This document shows, one piece after another, positions 48,913 to 62,220 of a stretch of DNA of 64,000 bases. Under the pieces are notes generated by a model. The model had not been told where the DNA came from. It was given only the letters and a program-made list of their open reading frames with translations, and searched no databases. A program made the translations under genes and the position numbers. The first letter of the stretch is position 1, and the number at the start of each line of letters is the position of its first letter. Source of the DNA: Euprymna scolopes (taxonomy: Eukaryota); assembly GCA_053919585.1 (NCBI GenBank), contig CM132783.1, one strand, 5' to 3'.

Positions 48913-49602
48913 CAGAAAAGTCTTTATCAAGCTATTCTGACAAGTTTTGGTCTGCAGACTAAAAACTTGTTATATAAAGAATTAAAAACCGTGGAGCAAA
49001 TTCGATTTGGATTTTAGCCGGGACATTAATAGCTGCTAAGGGGGTCAACATTAAACATTAAAACTTGTCAGGTGTTAAGTCGACTGAACGTATATTAACT
49101 ACATTTACAAAAAGACTCAATTATAGGTTTAACTAGGACATTTTTTTTTTTTAGATTTACTATGCATATGGACGTATAGACTATAGGGTTTGGTTTCGAT
49201 TCTAACTGATGGCACCCGAGTCATATATTTTTAACGTTTGAAACCACTGCTAAATATTAGGTGCAGTATAATACACAGCAGAGAAAAGATTCTATAATAA
49301 TAAATACGAAATCTACATGAATCAAAATATCAGCGTAGTTTACAACCCGGCAACACCAAACGGCCAACTAGTATATAACAATTACTATATCTCTATGGCT
49401 GTCTANNNNNNNNNNNNNNNNNNNNNNNNNNNNNNNNNNNNNNNNNNNNNNNNNNNNNNNNNNNNNNNNNNNNNNNNNNNNNNNNNNNNNNNNNNNNNNN
49501 NNNNNNNNNNNNNNNNNNNNNNNNNNNNNNNNNNNNNNNNNNNNNNNNNNNNNNNNNNNNNNNNNNNNNNNNNNNNNNNNNNNNNNNNNNNNNNNNNNNN
49601 NN

Positions 49603-49921
49603 ACCCGTCTAGATGAAACCACTGTCAATAATTTTGCCCACTCTTTATCTTTGCCTAAATCAAAACGTGGATTCCATGAACAAAGCTTTTTCTTAGAAGT
49701 GCACGCCTGTGGAAGTTCCGTTTGCCCGTTTTCCACCTGACTACAACTTGCATGTCTTAAAGTCCAACATAAACAAATTCCTGATAAACCGACCCCTTAA
49801 GTAAGACACTTTATCAAATCTCCATTACTAACGATGACTATGATATTATCCCATTGAATACTGTAAACGCAATAACCCTCATCCCCGAGTGGCTTTCGGG
49901 CCTTGATAAGTGGTAACTACC

Positions 49922-49926
<5 letters not shown>
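49603..49926 (+). mobile_element. CR1-group LINE 3' fragment
   Basis: GFHEQSFF-type remnant and family tail. Confidence 0.88.
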
Positions 49927-49974
<48 letters not shown>

Positions 49975-51005
49975 TACTGCTTTATGGGAAATAATTCCAA
50001 CCAAGTGCTCGATTACAAAGGAAAAACTTTCAATATAAGAGCTTAATATTTATGGATTTTAAACTGTACAGATAGTCAAAAAAATATTGGTACCGTCGGT
50101 TACAAGCCTAACATAAGGGGGGGGGCAGTTAATGGTAAATAATGTTAGGCTTTCAAAAAAAAAACAGAAACATATATATATATATATATGCGTGTGTGTG
50201 CGTGTGTGTGCGTGTGTGTGTACATACATATATTAATACATACATATATATTNNNNNNNNNNNNNNNNNNNNNNNNNNNNNNNNNNNNNNNNNNNNNNNN
50301 NNNNNNNNNNNNNNNNNNNNNNNNNNNNNNNNNNNNNNNNNNNNNNNNNNNNNNNNNNNNNNNNNNNNNNNNNNNNNNNNNNTATTGCTTTCCCTCCTTG
50401 TTTTATTTATTGAGCTTTCTTAACCAATTATATCCCGGTTCGCCCTTTTAGCCTTATTTCCACATTGTCCCTAACCCCTATATTCATTTATACGTTGCTA
50501 CCTTTTCTTTTCCGAGGCTTTTTACGCTTTCATCTGTTTAAGACTCCTAATCTCCCAGGCGTTTCGCTCCTTTTATTGACTTCGCGCTCATTATCCACCT
50601 CCATTTTCAGGCAAGTCAGCCGGTAATGGCGGAAAGCCTTCGTTTTACACACTCGGACAGGTGGTCCAAGAAAGTGAAGAGAAGGAGGGGAATGACGACT
50701 GTCAAGCGTTAAGCTTTTATGTCCTTCTTTGGGTGGAGCTTTCTTTTCTTTCTTTTTTTTTTTTTGTATTCTATCAAAAAGAAAAATAACTTTAGGTCGG
50801 AATGTGCAGGTAAACTTCACTGTGAATCGAGGAAATTTAATTCTAGTTTTTCTAAATTTTTTTCAATCACATTTCTCGAAAACCTGTTTTTTGTTTTGTT
50901 TTTTTTGTTTTTTTTTCAATCACTCTACGTACTCGTTGAAGATATGTTCTTGTACCAATTACTATTATTATTTACTCACTATGAGTAATCACACAAGTCA
51001 TCATT

Positions 51006-51184
51006 AGGGCTATGACAACAGCATATTCTTTTTATTGTTTTGATTCTCGAGTATATATCCGACACAGTTAGACACAGTTAATCAACCGAGAACCACATCA
51101 CTCTATAAAAAAGCATATAAGATATCAATGGATAAACACTCAACAGTCAAAATAATGAAAAGAAGATGCTGTTGTCCTAGTCCT
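51006..51184. mobile_element. ~180-bp MITE-like palindromic element
   Basis: agggctatgacaacagcat / atgctgttgtcctagtcct TIRs. Second copy at 56959-57153. Confidence 0.7.
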
Positions 51185-51189
51185 CATCA

Positions 51190-51544
51190 AAGATTATTAT
51201 TATTTAATCACTACTAATCACATCAAAGAAGTTCTCTTTAAGAATAACTTGTTGTCTTATCTGGAGTCTTAGTGGCAGCAAATTTCCTTACTTCTCCAGT
51301 ACACTTCACCACTTTCAATAAGATGACTGCGTAAAGACAATAGCCGCTTACCATTGATTTCTCGTTGGCAGTGACTATTGGTCTTCGATGGAATTCGCGT
51401 GGCAATAAGCCTTTCCAAGGTTCAAGTCCTCTTTGCTCTCATCTAGCGGAGGTCTGGCTAGTGCTTTCTCTCCTCGATATTTCCATCCTCTTTGACCATC
51501 CTCACTTATTTAGTGTGGCTTCCGTTTCAGTTATTATGGTTGCA

Positions 51545-51576
<32 letters not shown>

Positions 51577-53145
51577 CATTATTATTATTATTATTGTTAT
51601 TATTATTATTATTATTGTGGTTGTGTTTTCTGGATTCTAAGTCTGTGTGACAACAAGTTTCCCTAGATTTCCAGCACTCTCCTCCTCTTTTGATAATCTT
51701 TGCAAAAGAATTTGCGTTATCGCAACAACTGCTTACCATTGGTTTTTCGTTGGCGGCGACCATTGGTCTTTACTGTGATGGGGGTGGCAATAAGTCTCTC
51801 AGACGTCCCGGTCCTCTTTGCACTCATCTAGCGGAGGTTTGCCTAGTGCTTTCTTTCCTCGGTCTTTCCATCCTCCTTGACCCTCATTATTTGGTGTGTT
51901 GCTCATTCATGGCGACACTCGCAAAATGAGTGGATGGCGGTATCTCACGATTATACAGCTTCAATGGTAATGATTCCATGCAATGTTCCTCTGTGTTTTT
52001 CATCTGTAGCCGTTTCTGTGTCCACTTTGTGTGTAGTTTATGTGTGCTGTTAGTCTCCGCATTCAATATTTTTTCTTAATATTTCTGCAGTTTTCATTAT
52101 AGAGTTTCGTTGTATCTTCTCTGCCATTTCTTTGATTCCAATCTCCCCCAATTCTTTTTTTCAAAGTTTTTCGGTATCGTTCCTAGTGCTCCTATTATTG
52201 TGTTATATTTACTTTCTTCATTTTCCAGATCCCTTTGGGCTCTCTAGCCAATTCCGTGTATTTGCTCCGCTTTTCAGTCTCCTTGATCTTCACTCTATAG
52301 TCTGTTGGAACAGCAAAATCTACAATCTGGCAGGACTTTTCCTTCTTGTTAACTATTATGACATCCGGGCTTCTTGCTAGAATGGGTTTGTCCGCTTGTA
52401 TATGCATGTGCCATAAAATCTTGTGACTTTCATTTTCCTGTATTGCTGTCGGTTTGTGTTTGTACCATTTGTCTGTGTGTTCAAGATGCAAATATACTGC
52501 CTTCCCCACTTGACCCTGTCTATTTTTGATATTTTTGGATTAGTTTGCTGCATTCACTTATTATGTGGTTTATCGTTTCGTCTCTTTGTTCGCAGAGTCT
52601 GCATTTATTGTTTTCTTGCGTCTTGTCGATCCTTGCTTTGATGTGATTGAATCTAATTGCGTTATCTTGTGTAGCTGTTATTAGTGATTCAGTTCCGGTG
52701 TTAATATTTCCCTTTTGTAGCGATTCCCAAGTATTTTCGTTAGTCTCTCTTTTGTTATCCTAATGAATCGTCCATGTAGCTGTTTCTCTTCCTATTTTTC
52801 TTTCTTGTCTTATTCCTCGTCTTTTTTTCTATCTTGGTTTTGTTTCTTCCGTGTCTCTTGGTGCAGTAATTATTCTTTCAGTGTTCTGCATTATGTATTT
52901 TTCTAATCCTTTTTTGTGTGCATTATTTACACAGTCTTCTGTACAGAGCAGCCCTCTCCCTCCGTCTTCCCTTTTCACATATAGACGGTCAGTATCATCC
53001 TTTGGGTGTAGTGCATTGTACATTGTGAGTAGTTTCCTGGTCTTCTAGTCAATATTCCTTAGTTCTTTTGGTTCAGCTTACAAACGGTCCAGAGTATATT
53101 ATTAGTGATACTGCCCACTTGTTTATTCCTTTAATTAGGTTGTTC
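51190..53145 (-). mobile_element. 5'-truncated R4/Dong-like (restriction-like endonuclease) LINE plus an extra stacked 3' fragment, embedded in (TAA)n
   Basis: ALHPKDDTDRLYVKREDGGRGL, and ILW..IQADKPILARSPDVIIVNKKEKSCQIVDFAVP...KYTELARE (PD..D RLE motif). (TAA)n at 51193, 51545-51616 and 53148. Confidence 0.88.
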
Positions 53146-53754
53146 ATCTTATTATTATTATTATTATTGTTAGCTATATATTAATACGATAGCGTGTGTG
53201 TTCTTTTGTGTGACACGCTTTCCGGCAAATTTCATTGGCTGAGATTTAAGAACACACACGCTAGCGTATTAATATATAGATTATACTAAATATGAGTAAA
53301 TGGATTTGGTAAGTGTTTAATGAGATCCCAGGCATAATCTCCCCCTTCTTTTCGAGTGAGGGGTGATAGTTGACGTGTTTACTTCCGGTGATGACGTCAT
53401 TATCTTCTGTTAAAAAAAGATGCATATAATATACTTATGATGTACTAAATTGACATAAGATGTCATATTCTCAAAATCACATGAATGTTCTGCTAATTCC
53501 CAAAATCAGTTAAATGGATCAGTGCACGCGATGTACTTATTTGTAACATCCCAAAAATCACGTAAATATATCAAGTAATCCTAAGTTCATATTTAATGTA
53601 CCTATGGCAGTAATTACAAACACTCTTCATAAGGAGGGGAGATTAAATTAACTGGAATGCTGAGACTGATACTACACTCAGAAATTCATGTTGAAGTAAT
53701 GGTTGCCTAATCTCTAATGATTTTTATATTTTTATGCATTAATTTCGAAAAGCT

Positions 53755-54145
53755 GCTGAAACAGTTTATGATTTAAATATTATCTTATTTCAAGTATATC
53801 TTTAACGGTGGGGTGGGAGATATTAAATCAGTACCGGAAATGGCTGAAACAATTTACATATTAAACATTACTTTATTTAATGTATATTTTTACCCATGGG
53901 ATGGATATGAAATCAGCCCCAGCAACCATTTACGTTTTAAACATTATGGAGTGGGGGATAAGAAGTCAGTCCCGAAAATGGCTGAAACAGTTTACGATTT
54001 AAACATTACATTATTTCATGTATATTTTAAACAGTGGGGTAGGGATATGAAGTCAGTCCCGGAAGTGGCTGAAACAGTTTACGATTTAGACATTACATTA
54101 TTTCATGTATATTTTAACAGTGGGGTGGTGTATATGAAGTCAGTC
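53755..54145. repeat. ~87-bp degenerate tandem repeat
   Basis: gctgaaacagtttacgattt...aagtcagtcccgg units at ~53755, 53843, 53981 and 54068. Confidence 0.8.
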
Positions 54146-54357
54146 CGGGATTGGATGAGATAAGTGCAAATATATACTAGCAGAATACCCTGCGTCGCCC
54201 AGATTTGAATGAGATAGGTGGAAATCATATAGTAGCAGAATACCCACCGTCACCCGGGATCAAATTAGATACGTGGAATATATATACTAGCAGAATATGT
54301 GGCGTCACCCGGGATTGGATAAGATAGGAGGAACATATATACTATGAGAATACCTGG
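54145..54357 (-). repeat. 55-bp tandem array of Helitron-like 3' termini
   Basis: tatactagcagaataccc..cgtc.cccggg units with CTAG-like cores at 54177, 54232, 54287 and 54342. Confidence 0.7.
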
Positions 54358-54667
54358 AATTGATTGATGTGTTTGTAATTAAATAATCAGCCAAGGTAAT
54401 ATATTAAAGTTATTATTTTAGTAAAGGGGGGTGATCATGTGGGTTCAAATTATGCAAAATGATTGTCGAAGTTAGTAACATATCCAAGAATTATGAAAAA
54501 TGAGGAAATGTGAGTTAATTAATTGGTGTGTTTGTAATGAAATAATCAGCCCAGGTAATATATCAAAGTTTTTATTTTAGTAAGGGAGGGCGATACAGTT
54601 TTAACAAAAAGGCTAGAATAATATGATGGTGTCTTTATTCATGCTGATGCCGCTGTGGATATTCCTG

Positions 54668-54724
<57 letters not shown>

Positions 54725-55716
54725 GCAACTAATACAGAGAGCACAAACAGTAGAGCTCACAATACCAGACAACGCCAATTACTATCGCAACTTGGATGGA
54801 ACCACCTATTCAGGATAGGTCTACACGAATTTCAAGACCTTCGACTACTATTGCTAACAATNNNNNNNNNNNNNNNNNNNNNNNNNNNNNNNNNNNNNNN
54901 NNNNNNNNNNNNNNNNNNNNNNNNNNNNNNNNNNNNNNNNNNNNNNNNNNNNNNNNNNNNNNNNNNNNNNNNNNNNNNNNNNNNNNNNNNNNNNNNNNNN
55001 NNNNNNNNNNNNNNNNNNNNNNNNNNNNNNNNNNNNNNAATAATTAACAATGGTACTCACTATTAATTTTTCATAATAGAATTAACAATGTAAACTCACA
55101 TTGTTCTAGCCGATATCAATTAGATATCTTATGATATTCATTTTATTTATAATTCCATTCGTAACAAGGTTTACCTGTTATTTTGTTCAGCTATTTTTCT
55201 TGTATATCGCATGCATTTGCATAGGCGCGTCCGCGCTACGTTACATATACGTAAAGAATAAAATTAAAATATCATATTTAAGCGTATTTTCCGACCGGGC
55301 AATGACGAGCAGCCTGCTAGTATTACATAGACAGAAAAAGTTTACTACTTAGTTTAAACATAAGAACTAAAATCAGACCCGACAAAAATTTGGAGGTAAA
55401 AAAATGTAAAGGAACACGAAGAAAAGTATTGTTTTATTTTTTGTGTCGCTTTCTTTAAAACAGGTCATCTAATTATTTTTGTTTAGTTTTTTTTTTTTTT
55501 TTGTCCCCTTTGCACTGGAATAAAACATTGTATTCAAGTAATTTAGTTTTCGATGCGACTTATTCCAAAAAAAAAAAAAGCTAGTTCATTCTTGAAACAT
55601 GTCCACTTTGACAGATTCATTAAACATCGTCCAGAAGACTTTGTTTAGGGGCTCGACCGTTCCTGGATATTTACTTAGGCCAGAAATACGTACGGTTCTT
55701 GATTTATCTCTGACAG

Positions 55717-55839
55717 GGGACACGGCTCCAGACCTTTGGTGGGTGGAAGAAGGAGAGAGGTCCTCCTCTTACTGACGAAGATGTCGACGACGAGGGCGGC
55801 GATGATGATGACGACAAAAATGGCAGTTGTACTCTTTGA
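55717..55839 (+). other. Candidate terminal coding exon of an unidentified host gene
   Basis: Acceptor ttcttgatttatctctgacAG, then open frame GTRLQTFGGWKKERGPPLTDEDVDDEGGDDDDDKNGSCTL*. GC-richer unique sequence; no homology recognised. Confidence 0.25.
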
Positions 55840-56559
55840 CCTCGAACTGAAGAGCTTCAAGCAGTTTAAAACGAAATTTAGAAAGTGTTGAAGCGTCCCG
55901 TTCTTCAATCATNNNNNNNNNNNNNNNNNNNNNNNNNNNNNNNNNNNNNNNNNNNNNNNNNNNNNNNNNNNNNNNNNNNNNNNNNNNNNNNNNNNNNNNN
56001 NNNNNNNNNNNNNNNNNNNNNNNNNNNNNNNNNNNNNNNNNNNNNGAAGAATGTTGTGCCCATTTAAGTTTCTTCATATGTATTGTTGGCTTGTCCTGTT
56101 TTTAGCGGAATTAATTGTAGACGCAAGTGTATTTCTTTTTTTAAAAGAAATTTCCGACTNNNNNNNNNNNNNNNNNNNNNNNNNNNNNNNNNNNNNNNNN
56201 NNNNNNNNNNNNNNNNNNNNNNNNNNNNNNNNNNNNNNNNNNNNNNNNNNNNNNNNNNNNNNNNNNNNNNNNNNNNNNNNNNNNNNNNNNNNNNNNNNNN
56301 NNNNNNNNNNNNNNNNNNNNNNNNNNNNNNNNNNNNNNNNNNNNNNNNNNNAAATAATTTGAAAGAATATTTGGAAACTACATATTATATATTTCATAGA
56401 CATAACATGGTTTAATTGGTGTGGATTGACGTTTTACCATTTAAAAGACCATTGCAAATCCTTCAAATCAACAGCGACCCACGAAATGAAAATAAATCGA
56501 AGAATGAAGTTGAAAACAAATTCATCTGCAAATCCTAGCATTGAATTCGCTTAAGCGTT

Positions 56560-56637
<78 letters not shown>

Positions 56638-56884
56638 CCGAATTGTAAGTTTCGTCTTTACTTACCTCGCCACGAGGGCAGAGGTAGACACAAGTCCCGT
56701 TTTTAATGTGGGGAAAATCCAGAAGTGTGCGTACCTTTTATNNNNNNNNNNNNNNNNNNNNNNNNNNNNNNNNNNNNNNNNNNNNNNNNNNNNNNNNNNN
56801 NNNNNNNNNNNNNNNNNNNNNNNNNNNNNNNNNNNNNNNNNNNNNNNNNNNNNNNNNNNNNNNNNNNNNNNNNNNNNNNNNNNN

Positions 56885-57877
56885 GTGTTTTAATAAATTT
56901 CCAGACTTGTTTTGTACAGGCATTTAAAATCGACGTAAACATTTGACAATTCAGTGTGTCATGAGTAGGACTATAACAACAGCATATTCTTTTCATTGTT
57001 TTTACTCTCAACTATATATCTGACACAGACACAGTTAATCAACTAGGATTACATCACTCTACATAAAAAAAAAACATATAAGATATCAATGGATATATAC
57101 CTAAGAACCAAAACAAGGAAATGAGTATGCTGTTGTCATAGCCCTACTTATGAGATACTGACTAATTTTTATGATTTCAGATTGAAGTGAACAGCTACAC
57201 CAAGAATTGGAATGCACCCTACTAAAGCCTGACTGTCACAGGTGGTGAATTTCAAGAATGAAATCTGAACGTGATGGCATTTTAGAAGAACGGTATGCAA
57301 TAATATTCTGTTGTAAATTTGAAATAAAAGATGTCACAGACACGTATGGAATTCTTCAGACTGCTTTTGGACTATCTTTTTGCCCCAAGGGTGCTCAGAG
57401 AAGATCAGAAAAAAAAGACAAACTACTGGACAAAGATGGGCATCAATGCGGTTCCTCAATCTCCCTATAGTCCAAATCTTGTTTCCTGTGACTTTTGGTT
57501 ATTCTATGAGTTCAAGGAAAACCTAAGACGCTGTATTTATGAAACAGTTGAGGAGATGAAAGAGGCTGCTCGAGGGTTATTGACATGCTCGAACAAGAAT
57601 AAGTGCACGTAAGCAGAGTTCCATTCTTGTACTATCAATAAAATGCCCATACAAAGAAATGTCTGGAAACCTGTTTTGGGTTTGTTTGTTTTTTACATGG
57701 GGTCACCACTTATCAAGGCCCGAAGGCCACTCAGGGATAAAGGTTACTGCGTGTACAGTAATCAATGAGATAGTATTGTAGTAATCATTAGTATTAGGGG
57801 TTTTGATAGAGTGTCTTACTTAAGGGGGCGGTTTGTCAGGAGTTTGTTTATGTTGGACTTATGTTGAAGGCACCTCG
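56885..57877 (+). mobile_element. Internally deleted mariner with nested MITE (56959-57153) and LINE tail (57691-57860)
   Basis: LEERYAIIFCCKF and PYSPNLVSCDFWLF. Right TIR gtctggaaac...tgaaggcacctcg(TA) is split by the LINE tail. Confidence 0.87.
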
Positions 57878-58224
57878 TATGTCCAGCATCTTTATTCAAA
57901 TTTAGATCAAAATCCATTGCGTTCTGGATTCTGTAAAATGCCTAAAATTTTAGTTTGAGATTTTATCGGAAGCAATCGAGCCTCACAGAATCTTGGTTCT
58001 ATGAAAAGTTACAATATTTGAATTTTGTGCATATATTACGTTCCATAAACCTTTAGAGATTGCTCAACGCAAACTGAAATTCGGAGATGATTGATAACTA
58101 ACATCTATCAATTAAATTTCACAAAACTCCAAGGTATCTGAATTTCCCCGAATGATGACTACTTCAATTGAATAAAATTAAATTAACATTGCATTTCAAC
58201 TAACAATTATGTTATGAAATTCAA

Positions 58225-58660
58225 AATGACGTAAAAGCATATCTTGATAGTCATCTGCGAAACAGATAGTTAGGACGAAGAGGAAGTATCGAGTACTGTC
58301 CACGCTTACCGGATTTGACCCCCCCTACAGATTTATCTGTTGGGGGGGCGGAGTTGGGGAGCATGTTAAACACGGGGTTCACACCACAAAACGAGCCACA
58401 AAGAATGAGTTGAAAGCAACTATTGAAAGACGATTTGTCAATTTATCAACTGAACTAATTAGGAACGTTTCCGATTCAATCAGTGAGTGTTGTCAGCTGT
58501 TCATGAACCACAATGGCCAATAATTTGAACACTTTCGATAATTAACTGGTTTCTTTATTTGTTCACAGTATTTTGATGTATGAAAATGTTCTTTCTTCTA
58601 ATAAATGTTGGTTATTATGGTAATTTAAAGAGTGTATACATTTTATTAGGCCACCCTCTA
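58225..58660 (+). mobile_element. 3' fragment of rosa-like transposon
   Basis: DVKAYLDSHLRNR*LGRRGSIEYCPRLPDLTP remnant, NG..FEH C-terminus, and a ggccaccctc(TA) TIR-like end. Confidence 0.75.
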
Positions 58661-58699
58661 TATATAAACATATATACATATGCCTAACGTTATGACAAA

Positions 58700-59185
58700 G
58701 TTCAAAATATACTTCGTAGCCTAGTAGGGGATGCCCTTTTCACTTCTCTGCACCCTCTTTTCCACAGATGAGAAGTTCGAATCTGTCTCTGCTCTATCGT
58801 TATTTTCATGGCAAGTGCTCGTCTGAGCTCCAATCTATGGTCTATCCCTTGCCAAACGTTCACGAAAAACACTCGTCTAATTGAAATCACTATACATAAT
58901 TCCCCCACTCTTTATCTGTGCCTAAACCTGAACATGGTTTCCATGAACAAAGCTTCTTTCTTAGACCTTCACGCCTGTGGAACTCTTCCGTTTGGCTGCT
59001 TTCCATTTGACTACAATATGCTTTCAAGTCAAACATAAACAAATTCTTGATGAGCCTTAAGTAATCCAATTTACCAAATTTCCACTACTAACGATCACTA
59101 CGATATTGTCCCATTGACTATCGTGAACTCTTTGACCCTTATCCTCGAGTGGCTTCCGGGCCTTGATAAGTGGTGACTATTAAAA
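58700..59185 (+). mobile_element. CR1-group LINE 3' fragment
   Basis: LVGDALF...LLYRYFHGKCSSEL remnant and family tail. Confidence 0.9.
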
Positions 59186-59894
59186 AAAGGAAAAAAGGGA
59201 AGGGAGATGTGTTCTTATTGCTAAGGTGCATCGTATCAGAAAAAATGAATGATATGTTTTAAATGTTTTTGTTTCTATTTCTACGCGCCACCTTTACACT
59301 GATTGTTTTAATATATAAAACGCTTTTCTTCTGTCGTTGATATTTATTTATTTACGAAATTGTTTTTTTGTGCGAAGGATGTTTGCTCTGTTTTTCAATC
59401 AGGGTAGCTGACTGCTTCTCGAATCCTGAGTACGTGGCATTTGCGTCGACATCGTTCGACAACGCTCGAAACGCTCCCAATGCCCAACGAACACGGACAC
59501 GTAGTTGACAACCAATCAAGACATCGACTTGACTGCTATCAAAGAAAGGGACACCTGATATTTTTTTCTTCTTTCCTTTGTGGGAAAGGGGTGTTCTTCT
59601 CGAGATTTTTTTTTAACTTACCTTGTCTGCAGTAGCCAACTCGACCCGTCATTCAAAAATATCAAATCGTCGAGACATGTAACCATCTCTCACGCTTGTC
59701 CTTAGAAACAATTGGAAAGGATAGATATTCCAAAGATATGTCTTTAAAGCAGGAAAGATTGACGAACCGATGGACAAAGCTTCTTTTTTTAATGCAGAAA
59801 CGCATCTATCGTAATAAAGTTAGCAGACAATTTCATGTGGCTGTGAGTTTTTCACGAGGCAACGTTTTATTTCGCTCAAATTATTGTTTGTTAA

Positions 59895-60378
59895 TCTATA
59901 TTAAAAAAACAGATGTATGTTTGTCTGTGAAGATATTTAACCGATAATCACCTAAACTACTGGTCACATAACACTGAAATTTACAGGAAGTAGTATTTAT
60001 ACACCAAAGCTGGTTCATAATGAGTAAAATCTTTGTTTGGATGCAGGAATAACGCGTACGGCAAGTTGAAATGCCAAATGGTCATTTCAAATTGCCGATA
60101 TATTTCTATTATTTTTAGCGTGCACAAATTTATTTATAGTTTGGAGTGGTCTAATTTTCAATCTTATCTATCCATAGATAGCTTAAACGGTAGGAAACGC
60201 GGCTGGAGCGCTAAATGTTTTCGTTTCGATTCTAACTGATGGCAGTCGTCATTTTTTTAAACTTTGGAAATCAGTGCTATATATTAGGTATAATATAATA
60301 TTCAATAGTGAATTGGCTCTGTAACATTAAATAGGAACTTTGCATGAATTAAAGTATACTTAAGTGTCCACATGCTAG
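59895..60378 (+). mobile_element. Helitron-like element (family C)
   Basis: A|TCTATATTAAAA start and CTAG|T end; 3' part shared with 37935-38140. Confidence 0.55.
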
Positions 60379-60386
60379 TGTGATAT

Positions 60387-60630
60387 AAGTTAAGCAACGT
60401 TGAGCCTGGTCAGTACTAAAATGGGTGACCATTTGGGAATTCCAGGTGTTTTATGTGCTCTCTGCTTATCTCGGCATTGTTTCCAGTCGACTTGGGCTTC
60501 TTGTCACTAAACTCAAGCAGTGCCGATTCAGGAGAGGCATGGTTGGAGATTGTGTAACCCTTGCCTAACAATTCGTGCAGATATCTTTTCAAGGGGTATC
60601 CATTGTCTCTTGTAACTGAACGGATGCATC
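60387..60630 (+). mobile_element. 5'-truncated copy of the 5S-derived SINE
   Basis: aagttaagcaacgttgagcctggtcagtact..atgggtgacc (5S A/C boxes) plus shared body cttatctcggcattgtttccagtcg...caggagagg..tggttggagattg. Confidence 0.85.
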
Positions 60631-60734
60631 GACTGTGTTTATCGAAATCTTAAATGCATCAACTTAAAAGAAAATGAAATTTCAAATATCCTATTAAGAA
60701 AAAATGCAAGTACAGTGCATTGCCTTAAAATATA

Positions 60735-61267
60735 CGAGGGTCGTGCCACAAGTAAGACCGTCTATATTTTAACTAAAAAAAAAACTAAAACGTTAAAGAG
60801 CTACGAAGACGGAAGTGGTACCATTAGAACAAGCGACTTTTTGACCTCCAGAATTAATTTTCTATATATATTGCATTCTCAATGCACTTTTGCCCGCGTC
60901 TTTCCATGCCTGGGTCTTTAAATCCGGAGCGCACTTTGTCACTCACATCTCTGTTGCCACTCTGATATCGACGAACTCATCTCCTAACTATGCTCACATC
61001 AACTGTATCGGTTTCGTAAACTTTCAACAGTCACCAATGAATGTTAATCGGATCATTTTTTTTTTGTATGAAGGATTTCAGTGACGCATCTCTGCTTCTG
61101 ACGCACGTCCATGACAAGGGCTTCTTTCTATCTCGCACCGTTAATATCTGCAACAGAGAGGTGAAACTTTCATTTTATGAATGCATAAGCTCAGTAATCA
61201 TAACCATGCAATTTGCACTGATCCATTCGGATGAAAAATAGCAGGCATTACTTTTCGAACGTCCCTC
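60735..61267 (-). mobile_element. Internally deleted mariner (same family as 37123-37814)
   Basis: (TA)cgagggtcgt... and gcattacttttcgaacgtccctca(TA) termini, with an N-terminal transposase remnant. Confidence 0.75.
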
Positions 61268-62019
61268 ATACATAGTTCGTTCCCCAGTTTGTATTGGGTT
61301 TCTTTTGGGATATTGATGTCCCTCTCTCAGTGGAAAGATGTGACACAAGGTTCGAAAAGTAGGATTGAAGATCCAGCGCAGTAGAGCATTCCAGTCTGCA
61401 AAAAAATACATAGAAGTAGATGAGTAGCACACCTTTCCTTAGTCGATGATGTATGGGCGAAGAGACTGACAAGGGTTGATTACACACGGCACTGACGATC
61501 TTGATGAAGTCTGAGTGTGGCCTCCAAGTTTCATACAAGTTCAGGTCCACTAAAGAATGCTGTTCACTCTATACTCTGAAACAACAGAGAAAGGGGTTGG
61601 TGAGCTTATGTCCTAGGTGATGAGAGGAGACATTTACATTAGCTAAGAAGAAGCTATTTTAAAAAAATGGCATAAACTATGTTCATTTTGGCGCTGAGAG
61701 AAAAATCACACAAAGCTTAAGCGTTTTTCCAATTATTTTTAATTAAAAATACATATTTTTTTATTAAAAATGCATATTTTTAATTAAAAATAGATATTTT
61801 CAATTAAAAATACATATTCCAAAACCAAACCTTATCGTTGTTCTTTGATTTAATTCAAACCATTATTTTAATTTAAATTATTTTAATTTAAATTATTATT
61901 TTAATTTAAATTATTATTTTTATTTAAATTAAATAATATATTAATCATTGACTTTCTTTAAATCTTATATAACAAAAACAGTAATCCGCAGAAATTCCTT
62001 TCTTAATTTACATCAAGAA

Positions 62020-62215
62020 GGACATCGCTGCTGAATACTGTTTTATTATTTCAAATCTAATCTTCTCTCTGACCGACAATATGGATTTAGGCAATGGCGT
62101 ACTCCTGCAGATTATTTAAGAGTTATCGCTAAACACATACAGTATGCGTTGGATAAGACGAGGGAAACCATGGCAGTGGCTCTTGATATATGCAAAGTCT
62201 GGCATGAAGGTGCCC
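62020..62215 (+). mobile_element. Isolated RT fragment of CR1-group LINE
   Basis: LLSDRQYGFRQWRTPADYL...AVALDI..KVWHEG. Confidence 0.8.
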
Positions 62216-62220
62216 TAGTA

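Noticed and set aside
928-57011. ORFs containing X runs or YI/CV/SL/poly-I/poly-N repeats
   Set aside because: They are artefacts of N gaps and microsatellites.
61266-61550. 94-aa minus-strand ORF near a strong acceptor
   Set aside because: No recognisable motif, all three frames stop shortly after the acceptor at ~61577, and the ORF ends inside a mariner TIR.
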